The notes below the pieces were generated by a model. That model was not told the origin of the DNA, did not search any database, and was given only the letters and a program-made list of their open reading frames with translations. 61,614 nucleotides of DNA from an uncultured Bacteroidales bacterium (lineage in GTDB: Bacteria; Bacteroidota; Bacteroidia; Bacteroidales; JAGOPY01), in assembly GCA_964371595.1 (NCBI GenBank), contig CAYJNJ010000009.1:1-61614 (forward strand). Reading direction: 5' to 3'. Shown here in pieces: positions 47,091 to 57,329 of the stretch; positions within the stretch are counted from its first letter, which is position 1, and every line of letters begins with the position of its first letter. A program made the translations under genes and the position numbers.

Positions 47091-48469
47091 AGCATCTTCT
47101 TCAATAAAGTCAGGTAATTTTCCGGGACAAAATGGCCTTCTGTAAGTTGATTCATCTGTGCATCCGGTGCTTCAGCATATTTTATTGCAGGTCTTTGTTC
47201 ATGATGCTTCTTTAACAGGAAAGGGAGCCTGTTGCCAGGATACTTTGTCAATGCATTGTCCATGGCGAGGTTAACTTCGTCAACAGTACCGATGCATTCA
47301 AAGGGCTTGATCTCCGCCTTGCCGCTGAGTTGCCGGTACGTTTCTTCAAGAGTGGGATCATCAAGCAGATTTCTGCCAAAAATATGGATCATTGAATCAG
47401 GAGGCAGGAAAGGGGAAAGAATGATGAAAGTAAACAGGCATTTCGGGCATTTACCGCACCAGGTCCCGGTTTTACTGCCGGCATTACAGCTCCGGAAGTA
47501 CTGATGGAATCCAGTCATTCCGGAGAAGACCTTCGCAATCTGTATTTCCGACAAAGGGCGGAGCAGGCTGAAATAATTAAAGCCGGTAGAGATGTATTCC
47601 CTGCAATAGTCCCGGAAATCTTTTTCGAATTCAAGGGTCTTGGAGTACTGGTGATTAATGCTGGTGCCCGGGACGGTTGCTTCATTGGCGCTCGACTCAT
47701 TGGAAAGGATGATATCTGTCCTTCCCGTCAGGTAAGAGGCAAGTAAAGAATAGAAAGCCAGAGCGGCAGAGAAGGGGGTATGCCCGTTCAGGAAGCCTTC
47801 CCCGTTCAGCTTAAGCAGATGAGGATCGATTTGCCGGGTAATATCCACGGTTTCCTCCACGCGCTTGCCTGCAGCCTCAATAACGTCCCTGGTCGTTTTT
47901 CCCGGGTTGACGATCATGGGGATCCAATCAAAATTTCCCTCATTCAATATTCCCATCGAAACCGCTGAATCTTTTCCGCCACCAACAGGTAAAAGGCAAT
48001 TTCCGGAGGAGGGCAGTTGAAAAGGCATCACTCCATTGTCACCCGTGCAAGTTATTTCCATGAAATCTTCCTCAGTCGCATGAATTGAATTCAGGTAGAA
48101 AAACTCTCCAAGTCCCTGGTAATAGATCTTTTTCCAGAAGTTAAGCTGGGAACCTGAAAGTTTATTTGGTTTGATAATGACCTGTGGCGGACAGGCAGCT
48201 TTCCAGTAACTAACCAGCTCGATCATGCCTGCATGGAAAACCAGGTTGTCAAGTGCTTGTGCCGAAAGGGTTTCATAAGACCGGAAAATGTCTTTTTTGA
48301 ATGGTATTATGATTTGTGGAGAAAAAGATATTTGACCAGATATCGAAAAGGTGAAAATTGCCGTTAATGTGTTTTCATTGAAATAATACCGGTACGATTC
48401 ATACGAAAACCAGGGGAATTTCACCCTCAGGCTGTTGTATTTTGAAAAGTTATCAAGCCGCATCGTCAT
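47087..48469 (-). CDS. murL: UDP-MurNAc-L-Ala-L-Glu epimerase
   Basis: SYWKAA, VGGGKDSAVS, LNGHTPF, SNESSA, NHQYSK, SCN, WCGKCPKC, KPFECIG; adjacent to murD. Confidence 0.82.
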   Translation of the reverse strand: MTMRLDNFSKYNSLRVKFPWFSYESYRYYFNENTLTAIFTFSISGQISFSPQIIIPFKKDIFRSYETLSAQALDNLVFHAGMIELVSYWKAACPPQVIIKPNKLSGSQLNFWKKIYYQGLGEFFYLNSIHATEEDFMEITCTGDNGVMPFQLPSSGNCLLPVGGGKDSAVSMGILNEGNFDWIPMIVNPGKTTRDVIEAAGKRVEETVDITRQIDPHLLKLNGEGFLNGHTPFSAALAFYSLLASYLTGRTDIILSNESSANEATVPGTSINHQYSKTLEFEKDFRDYCREYISTGFNYFSLLRPLSEIQIAKVFSGMTGFHQYFRSCNAGSKTGTWCGKCPKCLFTFIILSPFLPPDSMIHIFGRNLLDDPTLEETYRQLSGKAEIKPFECIGTVDEVNLAMDNALTKYPGNRLPFLLKKHHEQRPAIKYAEAPDAQMNQLTEGHFVPENYLTLLKKML

Positions 48470-48544
48470 TTTCTGGTATTATATTTGTAATTTTAGAAAT
48501 CAAAAGTAATCAATTCGGGTGCATCCCGGGAAGTGACGAAGAAA

Positions 48545-49135
48545 ATGAAAGATATTCACAACTTACTCAAAATAAAGACCAATAATATTAAACCTGCCCG
48601 GGGTAAGATCCTTATTTCGGAACCTTTTCTTGCTGACTATATATTTAAGCGGTCGGTGATCCTTCTCGCTGAGCACAATGAGGAAGGGAGTTTCGGGGTA
48701 ATTCTGAACAAGCCGGTCAAAGCAAGGTTTAATGATGTGGTGAAGGACTTCCCGGAGTTCAATTCCAAGATTTTCCTGGGCGGTCCGGTGCAGGACGACA
48801 GCCTGTTTTTTATTCACACCCTGGGTGGACTAATTGAGAACAGCCTTGAGATAATGCCCGGAATATATTGGGGAGGCGATATTGAAATAGTTAAGGAAAT
48901 GATCGGTTTAAACCTGGTCAAACCTTCCCAGATCAGGTTTTTTATAGGTTATTCCGGATGGTCGCCAAAGCAGCTTGATGACGAGCTTGAGAGAAATTCG
49001 TGGGTAGTTTCCAACGTAACGGTTGAAGATGTGCTCCGCACTACTCCGTCGATGCTCTGGAGCCGTTCCCTGCGCCGTCTTGGCGAAGACTATGCCTACT
49101 GGGTCAATTTCCCCGATGAGCCTACTGACAATTAA
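48545..49135 (+). CDS. YqgE/AlgH family protein
   Basis: FKRSVILLAEH, GVILNKP, GGPV, GYSGW...QL..E. Confidence 0.9.
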   Translation: MKDIHNLLKIKTNNIKPARGKILISEPFLADYIFKRSVILLAEHNEEGSFGVILNKPVKARFNDVVKDFPEFNSKIFLGGPVQDDSLFFIHTLGGLIENSLEIMPGIYWGGDIEIVKEMIGLNLVKPSQIRFFIGYSGWSPKQLDDELERNSWVVSNVTVEDVLRTTPSMLWSRSLRRLGEDYAYWVNFPDEPTDN

Positions 49136-49140
49136 TCAGG

Positions 49141-50439
49141 ATGGCAAAACTGAAAATACTGATTATCTTAATCGTTTCAGGGATAGGCTGTTTAACATCT
49201 GTTTCGGCCCAGACCCCCAAATTGCAGCAGGGTATTGACCATTTCATGGATGGCTCTTATTACAAAGCCATGGAATATTTCAACCAGATCGTCGCCGCCG
49301 GACGCACCTTAAGCCCGGAAGAACTCACGCAGGCATACTATTACAGGGGACTTACCTACATCAGACTATACAATGAAGCATATTCGGGCGACAGCAAAGA
49401 GGACCAGAAAACCTTCAGGGATGCGCTGCTGAATGCTTACAGGGATTTTAAATCGAGCCTGGGTTACGATGACGGGAAAAACTGGAAACAGATCGACCTT
49501 GAAATTAAAAACCTGCACCATCCGTTGTTGCAGGAAGGGCTTATCTCCCTAAATACATACAATGACCTGGTTTTTAATAAAAAACCTGATCAGAAAGTGC
49601 TTGCAAGGGCAGAAGATTACCTGCTCGCAGCGCATGAAATCAGGGAAAGCTATCTTGTGTGCGATCTGCTGGGACAGGTTTACCTGGATAAAGGACAGCA
49701 AGAGGAAGCGGCTGCGTATTTCGGAAAATCGGAAAAGCTTTATACTGAAAATCTTCCCGAGCAGCCGGATTTCCTTATGGCTTATGTATTCTACCGCCTG
49801 GCCGCTATCCATAAACAGGACAGTATCAGGCTTGCCATGCAGGATAACCAACGGGGAATGAATTTTCTGGAGAGTGAATATACCCGTTTCATTTTCATGA
49901 AAGACAAACTTGAGCCGGCCAGGGCCAAAGAAATGGAAAGCCAGTACCGGCAGGCTTTACAGGACCTGAATAACCTGAAGCTCGACCTTTATCTTGCAAA
50001 TACTGATGAATATGTTGAAGCACTGCACGTATTTGAAGGGCAAATTGTCGCAGAACCGGAAAATGTGGATGTCCTTGTCGGATATGCCTCCCTGCTGGAA
50101 CAATCGGATAAAGAAAAAGCCATCCTGACCTATAAAAAAGCTCTGGGAATGGACCCGGAAAATCCCATTGCCCTGTACAATCTCGGTGCCTTATATTATT
50201 CAAAAGGAAAAGAAATGCTTAAAACGGCAGGGAAAACAACCGACGATGCCCAATATAACCTGCTTACTGAAGAGGCAATGAGTAATTTCAGGACGGGACG
50301 GGGCTACTTTGAGCAGGCCTTTGCCGGTGACCCGGAATCTGTTGATATCATCCAGGCACTGAAAACCATTGCCTTTATCCTGGATGACCAGGTATCCTAC
50401 AATAAATACAAGGATCTTGAAAGTAAGTATAATAAGTGA
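49141..50439 (+). CDS. Exported TPR protein
   Basis: Signal peptide; TPR motifs (AYYYRG, ALYNLGALYY). Confidence 0.75.
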   Translation: MAKLKILIILIVSGIGCLTSVSAQTPKLQQGIDHFMDGSYYKAMEYFNQIVAAGRTLSPEELTQAYYYRGLTYIRLYNEAYSGDSKEDQKTFRDALLNAYRDFKSSLGYDDGKNWKQIDLEIKNLHHPLLQEGLISLNTYNDLVFNKKPDQKVLARAEDYLLAAHEIRESYLVCDLLGQVYLDKGQQEEAAAYFGKSEKLYTENLPEQPDFLMAYVFYRLAAIHKQDSIRLAMQDNQRGMNFLESEYTRFIFMKDKLEPARAKEMESQYRQALQDLNNLKLDLYLANTDEYVEALHVFEGQIVAEPENVDVLVGYASLLEQSDKEKAILTYKKALGMDPENPIALYNLGALYYSKGKEMLKTAGKTTDDAQYNLLTEEAMSNFRTGRGYFEQAFAGDPESVDIIQALKTIAFILDDQVSYNKYKDLESKYNK

Positions 50440-50482
50440 CAAATATTTAATTTCTTACATTTGTATCCTGAGACAGACACAG

Positions 50483-52108
50483 ATGAAATATATTCTCATA
50501 TCCATATTACTCCTTCAAATCAGTTCAGCTTTATATTCACAGGAACCGGATTTTCTCTGGGCCAATCAATGCGGCAACCCGCCGAATACCAGCGATACCA
50601 AGTCTGCCATTGCTCCCGGTGCCGACGGCTCCTTTTACATGGCTGCCGAATTCCTTGATACTGTTGCTTTCGGTGAAAAAGTGCTGGTTTCTGCCGGCGG
50701 TACCGATATTTACCTTGTGAAGCATACTGCGGAAGGCATCCCCGCCTGGTCTGTGAAACTTGGTGGAAATGATTATGATTATGTCCAGAAACTGGAAACC
50801 GACGAAGAGGGGAATATTATCATGACCGGTTATTTTTATGGCACGACCCAGATCGGCCCAGATCAGTACACCAGTTTTGGCAGCCAGGATATATTTGTGG
50901 CAAAGTATAATTCTGCCGGGACTTTCCTATGGTCTTACCGTGCAGGGGGCCCGATGGCGGATTACATTTCAGGGCTGGCAACCGGCAACGACCTTGATAT
51001 TGTGATCACCGGGTATTATTATGATTCGATAACATTTGGCGACACTACCATTTATGAGAGCGGCAGTTCCGATATCTACCTCGCCGGGTTCAATAACGAC
51101 GGGCAATTGCAGTGGCTGACACAGGCAGGCGGTTCTTCCAGCGACCAGTCCCGTTCTGTCAGCTGCGATCCTGAAGGAAATATCCTTCTCAACTGCTCTT
51201 ATTATTACGATTTTTCGATCGGCGATACAACGCTTACCACTCAAAACCCGGTAGGTGTAGCCATTGCGAAGTTTTCACCAAGCGGTGACCTGATCAAGGT
51301 TTTCCAGCTTGACGGTACTTATCTCACCCCTGAAGTTTACAATATTGCCTGCCAGGACGGCAGTTTTTACCTTAGCGGAAATTTCAGCGAGCAGCTTGTT
51401 TTCGGCAGCAAAACCTTTGATGCAGGTGAGTTCAACCAGGATATCTTCATTGCAAAATATGATTCAGGATGCGACCTGGTCTGGGCAAAACACGCACACA
51501 GCTTTGCAAGCGACCAGGTGGTCGGCCTGGTCACCGATCAGTTTGATAACCTTTACCTGACAGGCCATTATCTTGACAGCCTATACATCGATAACCTCAA
51601 ACTCCGTTACACGCTTTGCTGTGGCTCAAGGGAGGTTTTCATCCTCAGTATCAATCCGGGCGGTGATGTTCAGTGGGGAGAGCAGATCACAGGCACAAGG
51701 GCAAATGTCCAGGCCTTATCAATCAGCAGCCAGGGAGAGCTCTTACTCTCCGGCCTCTTTTCTGAAGAAATTATTATGGGGCACCTGAGCCTCAGTAATT
51801 TCGATACTTTCCGGAATTATCTCACCAGTCTTGACACGGAAACACTCACATTCATCGGCGACCCGATTACAAATACCGGTTTAACTATCTTTCCTAACCC
51901 TGCCCACGACCAACTTAGGTTTACAGGTGATTTTAACGGAAAGGTGAAAGAGTACAGGATTTATAATGTCGGTGGAACAATGGTTTCTTCCGGGAAAACC
52001 GGAGAAGAAAACAGTGTCGTTACCAATACACTTCCGGGCGGTGCTTATATCCTGCAGGTTCACGATCCGCTAACCGGCACCATGCATTACGGTAAATTTG
52101 TGAAATAA
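50483..52108 (+). CDS. T9SS protein with SBBP-like beta-propeller repeats
   Basis: ATG 50483 signal peptide; repeated DIFVAKY...G...W....GG; IFPNP CTD ending KFVK. Confidence 0.8.
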   Translation: MKYILISILLLQISSALYSQEPDFLWANQCGNPPNTSDTKSAIAPGADGSFYMAAEFLDTVAFGEKVLVSAGGTDIYLVKHTAEGIPAWSVKLGGNDYDYVQKLETDEEGNIIMTGYFYGTTQIGPDQYTSFGSQDIFVAKYNSAGTFLWSYRAGGPMADYISGLATGNDLDIVITGYYYDSITFGDTTIYESGSSDIYLAGFNNDGQLQWLTQAGGSSSDQSRSVSCDPEGNILLNCSYYYDFSIGDTTLTTQNPVGVAIAKFSPSGDLIKVFQLDGTYLTPEVYNIACQDGSFYLSGNFSEQLVFGSKTFDAGEFNQDIFIAKYDSGCDLVWAKHAHSFASDQVVGLVTDQFDNLYLTGHYLDSLYIDNLKLRYTLCCGSREVFILSINPGGDVQWGEQITGTRANVQALSISSQGELLLSGLFSEEIIMGHLSLSNFDTFRNYLTSLDTETLTFIGDPITNTGLTIFPNPAHDQLRFTGDFNGKVKEYRIYNVGGTMVSSGKTGEENSVVTNTLPGGAYILQVHDPLTGTMHYGKFVK

Positions 52109-52222
52109 GTTTCCCTTCCATTCGTTCATCTTATAAACCGGGATTTACCATTGGTAAACTCATCAATTATTCATTTCCCTCATACTTTACATTTGTGAAA
52201 AATTTAAATAATCCTGACATAT

Positions 52223-54139
52223 ATGAAAAAGAGTCACTTTATGGCGATGCCTGCTGTTGCTTTCGTCACAATTATAATGCTGGCCGCCTGCCAGCCAAAA
52301 CAGCCTGAAATTATGAAAGCTAAACAGATCCCGTTAGAGGATTTTTTCAAGAACCCTGAAAAAACCGGATACCAGATCTCCCCGGGAGGGACTTATTATT
52401 CTTTCAAAGCCCCTTACCAGGACCGGATGAATATTTTTATCCAGAAGATCGGTGCTGATTCTGTTACCCAGCTCACTTCAGAAACCGACCGCGATATTAT
52501 GGGATATTTCTGGCCAAATGATTACCAGATCCTTTACCTGAAGGACCAGGGCGGTGATGAAAATTTCAGGCTTTACGGTGTTAATGCCGATGGCAGCAAC
52601 CCGGTCTGTTACACGCCTTATGACGGTGTCAGGACCGAGATCCTTGATGACCTTCCAGAATTTCCGGACCTGGTGATCATCGGCATGAACAAGCGCAATC
52701 CGCAGGTTTTCGACCCATACCGCCTTAACCTCAAGACCGGTGAAATGGAAATGCTGGCAGAGAACCCGGGAAATATCCAGCAATGGGTATTTGACCATGA
52801 AGGTAAATTGCGCGCAGCAACAGCTATTGTCGACGGGATCAATTCCCAGGTGCTCTATCGTGAAACTGAAAAGGACGATTTTGTCCCTGTTCTTACCACA
52901 AATTTCAAAGAAACGATGTCGCCGGCATTCTTCACTTTTGATAATAAAAATATTTACGCGATCTCAAACCTTAACAGGGATAAAACCGCTGCTGTCGTTT
53001 TCGATATCAAAAATGGCAAAGAACTCGAGGTTTTATATGAGAATAAGGATTATGATGTTGATAATATTTATTATTCCAGGAAGAGAAAGGTCATTACGAC
53101 TGCGAATTATTACTCCGACAAGAGGAACAGGCATTTCTTCGATGAAGAGACAGCAAAGCTTTTTGAAAGGTTGCAGAAGGACCTTGGGCAGTATGAAGTA
53201 GGGATTTCAGCGGTTACCGACGATGAGAACCGGATGATGGTCCGTACTTACAGCGATAAGTCGCTTGGCGCATATTACCTGTATGATAAAACCACCGACC
53301 AGCTTACGAAGATAACAGAAGTGAGCCCCTGGCTTGATGAGAAAGAAATGGCCGACATGCTGCCGGTTTCCTATCAATCGCGCGACGGTCTTACGATCCA
53401 TGGCTACCTGACCCTGCCAAAGGGTTATTCGATGGAAACAGCCAAAAAGCTGCCGGTGATCGTGAACCCTCACGGGGGGCCATGGGCACGCGATAACTGG
53501 GGATTCAATCCGGAGGTACAGTTCCTTGCCAACCGCGGCTATGCTGTGTTCCAGATGAATTTCAGGGGCTCGACAGGCTACGGGAAGAGTTTCTGGGAAG
53601 CTTCTTTCAAGCAGTGGGGACTGACTATGCAGAATGATATTACCGACGGCACCAACTGGCTTATTCAGAAAGGCATTGCCGATAAGGACCGACTGGTTAT
53701 TTACGGCGCCAGTTACGGCGGCTATGCAACCCTGCAGGGCATTGTCAAAGAACCTGAATTGTATGCCGCTGCCGTTGACTATGTTGGCGTATCCAACCTT
53801 TTCACCTTCATGAGGACCATTCCTCCTTACTGGGAACCTTATCTCCAGATGATGTACGAAATGGTGGGCAACCCTGTCAGCGACAGCTTGCAGATGGCGG
53901 CAACCTCACCGGCTTTGAATGCCGAAAAGATCAAGACCCCCTTATTCATTGCCCAGGGCGCCAACGACCCCAGGGTGAATAAGGCGGAGTCGGACCAGGT
54001 GGTGGAAGCCCTGAAATCACGTGGCATTGTCGTGGAATATATGGTGAAAGACAATGAAGGCCACGGATTCTATAACCAGGAAAACCGTTTTGATTTTTAC
54101 AGGTCAATGGAGAAATTCCTTAGCGAGAATTTAAAGTAG
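52223..54139 (+). CDS. S9 family (prolyl oligopeptidase/acylaminoacyl) peptidase, lipoprotein
   Basis: Lipobox LAAC; HGGPW, GASYGG, NDPRV, EGHGF. Confidence 0.93.
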   Translation: MKKSHFMAMPAVAFVTIIMLAACQPKQPEIMKAKQIPLEDFFKNPEKTGYQISPGGTYYSFKAPYQDRMNIFIQKIGADSVTQLTSETDRDIMGYFWPNDYQILYLKDQGGDENFRLYGVNADGSNPVCYTPYDGVRTEILDDLPEFPDLVIIGMNKRNPQVFDPYRLNLKTGEMEMLAENPGNIQQWVFDHEGKLRAATAIVDGINSQVLYRETEKDDFVPVLTTNFKETMSPAFFTFDNKNIYAISNLNRDKTAAVVFDIKNGKELEVLYENKDYDVDNIYYSRKRKVITTANYYSDKRNRHFFDEETAKLFERLQKDLGQYEVGISAVTDDENRMMVRTYSDKSLGAYYLYDKTTDQLTKITEVSPWLDEKEMADMLPVSYQSRDGLTIHGYLTLPKGYSMETAKKLPVIVNPHGGPWARDNWGFNPEVQFLANRGYAVFQMNFRGSTGYGKSFWEASFKQWGLTMQNDITDGTNWLIQKGIADKDRLVIYGASYGGYATLQGIVKEPELYAAAVDYVGVSNLFTFMRTIPPYWEPYLQMMYEMVGNPVSDSLQMAATSPALNAEKIKTPLFIAQGANDPRVNKAESDQVVEALKSRGIVVEYMVKDNEGHGFYNQENRFDFYRSMEKFLSENLK

Positions 54140-54145
54140 CTATAA

Positions 54146-54233
54146 TTCCCGCAAAGTCCGCAAATAATAGTAAGAGCGCAAAGTTTCACACTTTTTGCGC
54201 TCTTATTTTTTTGATTTGCTTGCTTTGCGTGAA
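54146..54233. repeat. CGCAAAG-type nested palindrome / terminator
   Basis: Stems TTCCCGCAAAG/CTTTGCGTGAA, GCAAAT/ATTTGC and TAAGAGCGCAAA/TTTGCGCTCTTA, followed by a T tract. Confidence 0.7.
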
Positions 54234-54291
54234 AACAATTCTAATCGTAATGTGTTGAGATTTTGTGTTATTTTTACATAAAACTCATTCT

Positions 54292-55056
54292 ATGAATAAG
54301 CTAATATTTACATTTATCCTTCTTATTTCGTTTATTCTTACTTCGTCTATCTCATACTCCCAGTGCGAGCCGCTGACCCCCGAGCAATGTCCTGACCCGG
54401 AAAACAACGGGCAGATTTGCCCCGACTCGCTGGAACCGGCATTTATTCATGTGGAATACAGCCAGGTGGCAACCATCAAGCCTCCGGCGGTGTATTTTCT
54501 GCCCCCGGATAGCACTGAAATTAACCTTCACCATGTGAAACTTATGGAAGTTGGCAATTTGCCTGATGGGATTACCTGGCAAAGCAATACGGAAGACAGC
54601 GTTTTCGTCGCCGGAGAATATTATTGTGTCCTGTTGGAAGGCACTAACCATTCAGGTGGAAGTTTTCCTTTATCGATTGTAGTGGATGTTTATGTCCTCG
54701 TTTTTAATATACCGGTAAAGGTTGCTACAGTTGTCGATTCCACATCCCTGACGATTGAGGTTATCGATAATTCCTGGATAAAAGATAACGAAAGCCCCTC
54801 TTTCCATGCAGAGCAAAATGTGCCAAACCCTTTCAGTTCAGAAACCCGGATCAGGTTCTATTCTGAAAAACCTGGAAATGTAACTTTCGAAGTGTATTCG
54901 CTTTTGGGGGAAATGGTTTACAGCGAGCAGCTTATTGCTTCAAAAGGCGAAAATGCAGTAGTTTATCACGGTGAAAAGCTGCCTTTCGGAACTTATTTCT
55001 ACAGGCTGCGTTCCGACCGGTACCAGTCGGGAGGGATGATGGTACGCGCCAAATAA
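54292..55056 (+). CDS. Small T9SS-type secreted protein
   Basis: Signal peptide from ATG 54292; QNVPNPF...GTYFYRL CTD. Confidence 0.75.
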   Translation: MNKLIFTFILLISFILTSSISYSQCEPLTPEQCPDPENNGQICPDSLEPAFIHVEYSQVATIKPPAVYFLPPDSTEINLHHVKLMEVGNLPDGITWQSNTEDSVFVAGEYYCVLLEGTNHSGGSFPLSIVVDVYVLVFNIPVKVATVVDSTSLTIEVIDNSWIKDNESPSFHAEQNVPNPFSSETRIRFYSEKPGNVTFEVYSLLGEMVYSEQLIASKGENAVVYHGEKLPFGTYFYRLRSDRYQSGGMMVRAK

Positions 55057-55073
55057 GATATCATTCCCTGAGA

Positions 55074-57326
55074 ATGGTCAAATATCTCACATTATTTTTG
55101 CTGCTGATCACGTTCACAGCCTTTTCCCAGCAGGCAGTAGTGAGTGGTCTTGTCACAGATGCATCAGATAAAGGGCCGCTTGCCGGTGTCAATATTATCG
55201 TCAACAGTGCCGGTACCGGTGCAACGGATGAAAATGGCCGGTACAGCATCTCCATAAATCCCGGAAAACATGTTATCGCCTTCAGGTTCATCGGTTACGA
55301 CCAGGAAGAAATCGACATTGATGCCGTTGCGGGAGTAAAATATACCTATAACCTCCACCTTCATCCGCAAATGATACAGCTTTCTACGGCTGTGATCTCC
55401 GCTTCAAAATACGAGCAGCATATTTCTGACGTGACCGTTTCCATGGAAGTCATTAAGCCTGATTTTATTGAAAGCCAGGGGACCAGGCAGCTCGATGAGG
55501 TGCTGCGCCTGCTTCCCGGGGTGGATGTGATGGATGACCAGGCCAGTATCAGGGGAGGCAGTGGCTATTCATACGGTGCAGGCAGCCGTGTGATGCTGCT
55601 GGTTGATGGGCTCCCCATGCTGACGGGCGACGTCAATGATGTGAAATGGAATTACATCCCGATAGAAATGATAGGCCAGGTTGAGGTGATAAAAGGCGCT
55701 TCTTCCGCCCTGTACGGCTCTTCCGCGCTCAACGGGGTGATCAGTGTGAGAACTTCAACACCTTCTGAATTTCCGGAGACCGTCGTAAACCTTTCCGGGG
55801 GATTTTATAATTATCCCGAAAGGAAAGAATTGAGCCACTGGTGGGATGGGGTCCCGTTCTTTGGGGGGATTAAGATGTCGCATCAGCGAAAGGAAGGGCC
55901 TTTTGATATTTCCCTCGGGATGAATGTTTATGGTGATGAAGGGTACCGGACAGATAATTACCAGCGTTACGGAAGGCTGACCGGCGGATTGCGTTACAGC
56001 CCGGCAAAGGTTAAAGGACTTTCTGCAGGTTTCCATACCAGTTTCCATTTGCAAAAAACTTCAGATTTCCTGCTCTGGACCGATGCCGATTCCGGCGCCT
56101 GGGTGCAGGACCCTGTCTCTGTTTCGCCAACCAACGGGACCCGCTTCAACATTGATCCTTATATCACATATTTTGATAAAAGGGAAGGGGAACACCAGCT
56201 AAAAACCCGGTATTTCATGAACCGGAACGATTTTCCTGACGATCCCGATAAGCAGAACGGATCGGATTATTATTTCGGTGAATACCAATACCTGAAGAAA
56301 TTCAGGAATGACATGCATCTTGCAGCGGGCACGGCAGCTTCTTTCACCGATGGGCAATCGGAGCTTTATGGCGACCATACCGGCACCACACTAGCTTTGT
56401 TCACACAGCTTGACCGCCGTTTTTTCAAGCGTCTCTCGGCCAGTTTAGGCCTGAGGTGGGAGCGATATACACTTGATGACACAGATGATGAATCCAAGCC
56501 TGTATTGCGGGCCGGCGTCAATTACCACGCCTGGAAAGCAAGCTATTTCAGGGCTTCCTTCGGCCAGGGCTACCGTTATCCTTCCATGGCTGAGAAATAT
56601 ACTGCTACCAGCCTGGGCAGCCTGAATATCTTCCCAAATCCTGACCTTACTCCTGAGACAGGCTGGAGCGCCGAGGCAGGCATCCGCCAGGGCTACCGTT
56701 TTGGCAATTGGAGCGGTTTTATCGACCTGGCCGGGTTCTGGACTGAATACCAGGATATGATGGAGTTTACCTTCGGCCTTTACCTGCCCGACAGCAATAC
56801 AGTACCCACACTCGACCATCTTGGCTTTAAATCCCTGAATATCGGCGCCGCAAAGATCACCGGCATCGACTTCTCGGTTAACGGCCAGGGGCAGGCAGGG
56901 AAAGCCATCTTTAATTATTTTGCCGGCTATACCTATATGAATCCCATTGACCTTTCCGCCGATACCCTTGACGATCCCATCCTGAAATATCGCTACCGCC
57001 ATTCTGCCAAAGGTGATATAGAAATCCTGATTAAAAATTACAGCGCCGGACTGACAATTACTTACCAGAGCTTTATTGAGCGGATTGATGAGGCTTTTGA
57101 AATGGAGATTTTAGGGCAGGAATTTTTTCCGGGACTGGAAGAATACCGAAATGAAAATGATAAAGGCGCTATAGTGGTTGATCTGCGGGCCGGCTGGCAG
57201 TTTACGCCGTCATCCGGTATCAGCCTTATCGTAAAGAATGTGTTTAACCGTGAATACATGGGGCGGCCAGGTGATATCCAGCCGCCCCGTAATATTACTG
57301 TGCAGTATATTTTAAAATTGAAGTAA
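55074..57326 (+). CDS. TonB-dependent receptor
   Basis: CarboxypepD_reg-like N-domain; plug SIRGGSG...VEVIKGASSALYGSSA.NGVI; NPDLTPE; NVFNREY. Confidence 0.92.
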   Translation: MVKYLTLFLLLITFTAFSQQAVVSGLVTDASDKGPLAGVNIIVNSAGTGATDENGRYSISINPGKHVIAFRFIGYDQEEIDIDAVAGVKYTYNLHLHPQMIQLSTAVISASKYEQHISDVTVSMEVIKPDFIESQGTRQLDEVLRLLPGVDVMDDQASIRGGSGYSYGAGSRVMLLVDGLPMLTGDVNDVKWNYIPIEMIGQVEVIKGASSALYGSSALNGVISVRTSTPSEFPETVVNLSGGFYNYPERKELSHWWDGVPFFGGIKMSHQRKEGPFDISLGMNVYGDEGYRTDNYQRYGRLTGGLRYSPAKVKGLSAGFHTSFHLQKTSDFLLWTDADSGAWVQDPVSVSPTNGTRFNIDPYITYFDKREGEHQLKTRYFMNRNDFPDDPDKQNGSDYYFGEYQYLKKFRNDMHLAAGTAASFTDGQSELYGDHTGTTLALFTQLDRRFFKRLSASLGLRWERYTLDDTDDESKPVLRAGVNYHAWKASYFRASFGQGYRYPSMAEKYTATSLGSLNIFPNPDLTPETGWSAEAGIRQGYRFGNWSGFIDLAGFWTEYQDMMEFTFGLYLPDSNTVPTLDHLGFKSLNIGAAKITGIDFSVNGQGQAGKAIFNYFAGYTYMNPIDLSADTLDDPILKYRYRHSAKGDIEILIKNYSAGLTITYQSFIERIDEAFEMEILGQEFFPGLEEYRNENDKGAIVVDLRAGWQFTPSSGISLIVKNVFNREYMGRPGDIQPPRNITVQYILKLK

Positions 57327-57329
57327 GCC

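Noticed and set aside
52144-52158. TTTACCA-T-TGGTAAA palindrome upstream of the S9 peptidase
   Set aside because: Single occurrence in AT-rich DNA; could be an operator but has no second copy or nearby regulator to support it.
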